64,000 bases of DNA from Rhodospirillales bacterium (GTDB lineage: Bacteria; Pseudomonadota; Alphaproteobacteria; Bin95): assembly GCA_038143065.1 (NCBI GenBank), contig JAYQLI010000035.1, forward strand, positions 1,184,893 to 1,248,892, written 5' to 3'. The position numbers were made by a program, and so were the translations under genes. Below the pieces are notes generated by a model. It ran no database searches. It was not told where the DNA came from and was given only the letters and a program-made list of their open reading frames with translations. This document shows, piece by piece, positions 59,357 to 64,000 of the stretch (the first letter of the stretch is position 1; the number at the start of each line of letters is the position of its first letter).

Positions 59357-60003
59357 AGCTTGGAGTTCTGATTTCAGGTCGCGGTTCAAACCTTCAAGCA
59401 CTAATAGACGCTTGTGCCAGTAATGTCTTACCTGCAGAAATTTCAGTTGTTATCAGCAACCGGCCAAATGTAGCAGGTCTCGAACGAGCTGAGAAAGCTG
59501 GTCTCAAATGCCTGACGATTGACCATAAATTTTACAAAGATCGAGAGAATTTTGAATTAGCACTTAATGATGCTCTCGAGGATGCTGGCGTAGAGCTCGT
59601 TTGCCTTGCTGGCTTCATGCGAGTTCTAACCTCAACATTCATCGAACGATGGTCAGGAAAAGCAATTAATATTCATCCTTCATTATTACCTTCATTTCCG
59701 GGTTTAAATACGCATTCGCGAGCAATTGAAGCTGGTTGTCGTTTTGCTGGAGCGACAGTCCATTTTGTATCCGCAGAAATGGATGCAGGGCCAATAATTA
59801 TCCAGGCTGTGACGCCGATACTCCCCAATGACAATCCAGACTCACTAGCAGCTCGAGTTTTAAAAGCGGAACACGAAATCTATGTGCAAGCTGTGCGCTG
59901 GATCGCGGAAGGAAAATTATTTAAAGAAAACAACAAAGTGATTGTCGAAGGTGTGGAAAGCGGCGCATCTTACTATTTGCCGCCTCCCCATTCGACAGTA
60001 TAA
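59353..60003 (+). CDS. purN: Phosphoribosylglycinamide formyltransferase
   Basis: ISGRGSNLQA, LAGFMRVL, INIHPSLLP, MDAGPII; ATGA overlap with purM. Confidence 0.97.
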   Translation: MKLGVLISGRGSNLQALIDACASNVLPAEISVVISNRPNVAGLERAEKAGLKCLTIDHKFYKDRENFELALNDALEDAGVELVCLAGFMRVLTSTFIERWSGKAINIHPSLLPSFPGLNTHSRAIEAGCRFAGATVHFVSAEMDAGPIIIQAVTPILPNDNPDSLAARVLKAEHEIYVQAVRWIAEGKLFKENNKVIVEGVESGASYYLPPPHSTV

Positions 60004-60033
60004 ATAACTTTCTCAATTTGTTTGGAGACAAAA

Positions 60034-60159
60034 ATGGTTGATTTTGATGAAGATGCTAACGTGCGGCGAGCCGAGTGGACTAACTTCACTAAAATGACAA
60101 CGGTGGCAACCGTGGCGGTAGCTGGTCTCCTAATACTTATGGCGATTTTTTTACTCTAA
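60034..60159 (+). CDS. aa3-type cytochrome c oxidase subunit IV-like small membrane protein (41 aa)
   Basis: GGAGA RBS; MVDFDEDANVRRAEWTNFTKMTTVATVAVAGLLILMAIFLL*; W-x-x-F-x-K then one C-terminal TM helix ending LMAIFL. Confidence 0.7.
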   Translation: MVDFDEDANVRRAEWTNFTKMTTVATVAVAGLLILMAIFLL

Positions 60160-60250
60160 GATAAACTATTTCTTTTAGTTTTATTTTAGATATTTGATTG
60201 GTGGCACTTTACCTGTAGGGGTCATATTCTTGTAGGGCAGCTGGCTTGTA

Positions 60251-61530
60251 TTAATTGAAGGCCGTTAAAGCCACGGAAACTAAAGTGACAGATAGCAGTA
60301 CCCTAAGTACGCTCTGTTTAAACGCAAATATCATTAAGACAGCAATAAAAACCAACACTGCAGCAAGGCTATCAAAAGAACTGAAAGTCGGCTCCCAGGT
60401 TACAATGGGACCATAATTATTTTGCTCAATGTCGCCAAAAAAAACATGCAAAGCAAACCAAACCGATAGATTCAGTATTACACCAACAATAACCGCAGTA
60501 ATGCTTGCCAATGCCGATGCTAAAGATGGGCGTGTAGCTATTACTTCAATGAATGGTGCGCCAGCAAATATCCAAAGAAAACAAGGCACAAAAGTCACCC
60601 ATAATGTAATAGCGGCCGACACAATACCCAATGTTATTCCGCCAGCCGTAAAACCCGCCATAAACCCGACGAACTCTGTAACTAAAATCAGAGGTCCTGG
60701 AGTAGTTTCAGCCAGTCCCAGTCCATCCATCATTTGAGCAGCTGTTAGCCAATTATATGAACTGACTGCTTCTTGAGCCACGTATGCCAGAACGGCATAT
60801 GCTCCACCAAACGAGGTGATAGCTAATGTTGAAAAGAAAGTGGCTACTTCGGTCAAGAGTTGGTTAGGGAATAAGACCCAAAGGAAAAAAAAATGGGTGC
60901 AAACCAGAGGCCGGACCAAACTAAAACCGTCATTCCCAATCGGCCAAACCTAATTTGGGAAGTATTGTTCGAATGGGGTTCACCAACAAAAGACTTTCCC
61001 CGACAGAATCCCCAGATCGCTGCTGCTAGCACAACAATTGGGAACGGCAGAGCAAAGAAAAAAAGTGCAATAAAGCCTAAGCAAGCCAAAATCCATTGAC
61101 CTCGGCTTTTAAGCGATCTTCGAGCGATTTTAATCAAAGCATCGAAGATAATCGCTATTACTGCGGCCTTGATCCCATAAAAAATAGAAATCAAGACAGA
61201 GCTTTCGCCAAAAAGCGCGTATGCCACGGCTAAACCAAGCACTACTAGAGCACCAGGAACCACAAATAAAATACCTGCAGCAAGACCGCCCAAAACTCCA
61301 TGCAATCTCCATCCAACATAGGTTGCGAGTTGCATAGCCTCAGGGCCTGGTAACATCATACAAAACCCAAGTGCGCTCAAATAATTTTTCTCAGAAATCC
61401 AACGTTTTTCTTCAACAACAATGTTATGCAGCAAAGAGATTTGCGCTGCCGGTCCACCAAAACTGAGGATTCCTATCCGAAACCAAACAATGACTGCTTC
61501 ACGGAAGGAAACATCAGCTGGGTTAGACAT
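60251..61530 (-). CDS. chrA: Chromate efflux transporter (long-chain CHR family); frameshift at the A9 run 60885-60893
   Basis: [41 protein letters not shown]. Confidence 0.93.
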
Positions 61531-61569
61531 TGTATGGATTTTCCTGATGCCAGACTGACTTGATTTGAA

Positions 61570-61594
61570 ATAAAAACTAACTGTTAGTTTTTAT
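61570..61594. promoter_or_regulatory. Perfect 12-1-12 inverted repeat upstream of chrA, candidate operator
   Basis: ATAAAAACTAAC-T-GTTAGTTTTTAT, about 40 nt upstream of the chrA start. Confidence 0.5.
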
Positions 61595-61640
61595 CATTTT
61601 TTATTAGTAACGAGCGCCTAAGATATATTTTTTTTATTTT

Positions 61641-61682
61641 AAAACAAAAGGGGCGCGTCCACCCCTTGCAGACGCACCCCTT
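61641..61682 (-). terminator. Rho-independent terminator after ndk
   Basis: Minus strand AAGGGGUGCGUC-(11-nt loop)-GACGCGCCCCUU followed by UUGUUUU. Confidence 0.7.
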
Positions 61683-61714
61683 AAAATACAACTAATTTTT
61701 GGGTAAACCGGGTA

Positions 61715-62137
61715 CTACCCTACGATTTCAAGTTGTCCGAAGAAAAATGAAATCTCGATATTTGCGTTCTCTTCTGAATCGGAACCATGGACGGAGTTAG
61801 CCTCAATAGACTCCCCAAAATCCTTTCGGATTGTACCTTCATCAGCATTTGCTGGGTTAGTAGCCCCCATAATATCACGATTTGCCTGCACAGCATTATC
61901 ACCTTCTAGAACCTGTACAACGACAGGACCAGAAATCATGAATTCGCACAAATCATTGAAAAAGGGCCGGTCTTTGTGAACTGCATAAAATCCCTCAGCC
62001 TGAGCTCGGGTCAATTGCACACGACGCTGAGCTACAATACGAAGCCCCTTTTCCTCGAACCGTGCATTAATTTTTCCGGTGAGGTTTCTACGTGTTGCAT
62101 CTGGCTTGATAATTGAAAGTGTACGCTGGGTACCCAT
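61715..62137 (-). CDS. ndk: Nucleoside diphosphate kinase
   Basis: [31 protein letters not shown]. Confidence 0.98.
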   Translation of the reverse strand: MGTQRTLSIIKPDATRRNLTGKINARFEEKGLRIVAQRRVQLTRAQAEGFYAVHKDRPFFNDLCEFMISGPVVVQVLEGDNAVQANRDIMGATNPANADEGTIRKDFGESIEANSVHGSDSEENANIEISFFFGQLEIVG

Positions 62138-62160
62138 AAAAATGCTCCTTCAAGCAAACA

Positions 62161-62189
62161 CGGCCGCCTTCGGCGTTGAAGGCAGGCCG
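62161..62189 (-). terminator. Intercistronic hairpin between rpsD and ndk
   Basis: Minus strand CGGCC(U)GCCUUC-AACGCC-GAAGGCGGCCG followed by UGUUUG; weak U-tract. Confidence 0.45.
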
Positions 62190-62214
62190 CAGGAATAGTT
62201 CAGTTGCTCGGTAA

Positions 62215-62829
62215 TTAGCGCGAGTAATATTCGATAACGAGGTTGGGCTGCATCTGCGCTGCATAAGGAACGTCCGCAAGCTTTGGACCGCGAACGAATG
62301 AACCTTTAAGAGCGTTGTAATCAACTTCAACGTAGTCTGGGGCATCCCGCTCGGACGACTGGATCGCCTCAAGAACTAGCGCCATAGTCTTAGCCTTATC
62401 ACCCAATTCAATTACATCACCATCACGCACCTGATAGGAAGGGATGTTGACGCGTTTACCATTCACGCGAATGTGCCCATGATTGACTATCTGTCGTGCA
62501 GAAAAAACCGTTGGCACAAACTTCATCCGGTAAACTACGGCATCAAGGCGACGCTCTAGAATTTCAATAAGATTTTCACCGGTGTCGCCTTTTCGGCGAA
62601 CTGCTTCTTGATAATACCGGCGGAATTGCTTCTCCGAAATGCTACCGTAGTAGCCCTTAAGCTGCTGCTTCATCCGAAGCTGCACACCAAAGTCAGACAG
62701 TTTTTTGCGCCGCTGACCGTGTTGTCCAGGGCCGTACTCTCTCTTGTTTATAGGGCTCTTAGGGCGCCCCCACAGGTTAACACCGAGACGGCGATCAATT
62801 TTATACTTAGCGTTTTCGCGCTTTGCCAT
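62215..62829 (-). CDS. rpsD: 30S ribosomal protein S4
   Basis: [41 protein letters not shown]. Confidence 0.98.
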   Translation of the reverse strand: MAKRENAKYKIDRRLGVNLWGRPKSPINKREYGPGQHGQRRKKLSDFGVQLRMKQQLKGYYGSISEKQFRRYYQEAVRRKGDTGENLIEILERRLDAVVYRMKFVPTVFSARQIVNHGHIRVNGKRVNIPSYQVRDGDVIELGDKAKTMALVLEAIQSSERDAPDYVEVDYNALKGSFVRGPKLADVPYAAQMQPNLVIEYYSR

Positions 62830-62938
62830 GTGGCTCGTTCCACTTCAAATATGTTTATTTTTGTCCCGATAAGCCGACCGTTTACGGTAGCCGGGGCCAT
62901 TTCGTTGAATGACCCACTTCCTCAGGAATGAGAGCGGG

Positions 62939-62967
62939 GAAGTAAGGCACCTCACCCTAATTTTCAA
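62939..62967 (-). promoter_or_regulatory. Putative sigma70 promoter of rpsD
   Basis: Minus strand TTGAAA-N17-TACTTC; a -10 lacking the final T is common in alphaproteobacterial promoters. Confidence 0.45.
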
Positions 62968-63163
62968 CAGAAGAGGAACTATGACTACCCAAACATCTCG
63001 AAAAATTTAACGGAGGGTATTTAAAAATCTAAGAACAAAACCGCTCTCCAACGACAGCATTCATATCGGCAGCTTTGATATTCCCTACTCCAGCCAAGAT
63101 CTTGATCTCTTTACACACAACAAATATTTCAGAAAATCGCAAAAAAGGCGTAAGCAAGTTGCT

Positions 63164-64000
63164 ATGAATATCGTCCGCTCGGCCGCTACTGTTAGTTTTT
63201 ACACTCTGCTGAGTCGCATCTTGGGCTTTGTCCGAGACCTTTTGATTGCGACGACCCTCGGTGCTGGGCCATTAGCTGACGCTTTCTTCACTGCTTTCCG
63301 CTTACCAGAATCTTTTTCGACGCTTATTTGCAGAGGGTGCCTTTAACTCCGCTTTTGCTCCAATCTTTGCGCAAAAGCTTGAACAAGACGGGCCAGAATC
63401 TGCGCGTAATTTTGCTCAAGAGGCGTTTTCGATAGTCCTGTTAGTAACAATCTTCCTAACGGCATTTGCGCAATTAATAATGCCAGGTCTGATAGTAATA
63501 CTTGCTCCAGGGTTTCTCGAAAACCCAGTGCAATTTGAGCAAACCACTCAAATGGCCCGGCTAGCATTCCCTTACCTTGGCTTAATGACATTAACTGCTC
63601 TCGCCGGCGGCGTTTTGAATGGGATTGGGCGCTTTTGGGCCGCTGCTGCAGCACCAATCCTTTTGAATATAATCATGATAACCGCCCTGTTAGCGTTTGC
63701 TAATCTTGGAAAATCCCCAGGACATGTTCTTGCAGCTGCAGTGACTGTTTCAGGCCTTGCCCAACTAATTCTCGTTACTTTTGCTGCAAAGAAAGCAGGT
63801 TACGAATTAAGACTTAAATGGCCTTGACTAACATCCAGCGTTAAACGTCTTTTTAAGCTGATGGGTCCGGGCGTACTTGCAGCAAGTGCCACCCAAATTA
63901 ACATCGTTGTTGGCTCTCAATTAGCCTCGCTTTTAGCGGCCGGCGCAATCAGCCACTTATATTACGCGGACCGTCTTTACCAACTACCTTTGGGGGTCAT
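63164..64000 (+). CDS. murJ: Lipid II flippase MurJ (partial); frameshift at ~63308 and in-frame TGA at 63825
   Basis: LSRILGFVRD, ADAFFTAFRLP/NLFRRLFAEGAFN, AAAPILLN, LYYADRLYQLPLG. Confidence 0.95.

Noticed and set aside
60885-60893. A9 tract in chrA and similar runs as phase variation or programmed frameshifting
   Set aside because: The same kind of indel hits housekeeping genes throughout the window, so sequencing error is the simpler explanation.
31155-63827. In-frame stops in livG (TAA 31155), ppk1 (TAA 53322) and murJ (TGA 63825) as stop-codon reassignment or selenocysteine
   Set aside because: They replace three different expected residues (K, E, R), each one base from the stop, and TAA, TAG and TGA all end genes normally in this window.

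Overview
A gene-dense 64 kb stretch of an alphaproteobacterial chromosome. Gene order and protein style look Rhodospirillales-like and possibly marine; this is inference, not a database result. Core blocks are zapE-mdh-sucCD-sucAB-lpdA, ctpA-rppH, typA, aspS/rnd, ppx-ppk-hda-AI-2E-DUF2066/purMN, ndk, rpsD and murJ. They are interleaved with accessory catabolic and transport genes: two CoA-transferases, a D-aminoacylase, a TsaC-like paralogue, an MFS permease, a Liv-type ABC importer, ggt, an AidB-like acyl-CoA dehydrogenase, a ThDP enzyme, hydantoinase/oxoprolinase A+B, chrA and a di-haem oxidoreductase. I saw no rRNA, tRNA, CRISPR, IS or prophage. About 20 genes, including essential aspS and murJ, carry 1-2 nt indels (often in homopolymers) or isolated in-frame stops. 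This is best read as an unpolished long-read assembly, so those genes are reported as whole CDSs. The most interesting items are: (1) an operon encoding an ABC exporter-like protein with a degenerate ATPase site and a triplicated helical subdomain, a stand-alone cNMP-binding protein and a small SAM-methyltransferase-like gene; (2) a TsaC/Sua5-like paralogue in an operon with a D-aminoacylase and an MFS, next to a C-terminal relic of envC; (3) a Popeye-like membrane cNMP-domain protein hidden by two frameshifts; (4) small elements missed by the ORF track, namely a cytochrome c oxidase subunit IV-like peptide, a perfect 12-1-12 palindrome before chrA and a structured rpsD leader. None of these is shown to be novel; each needs the searches listed.
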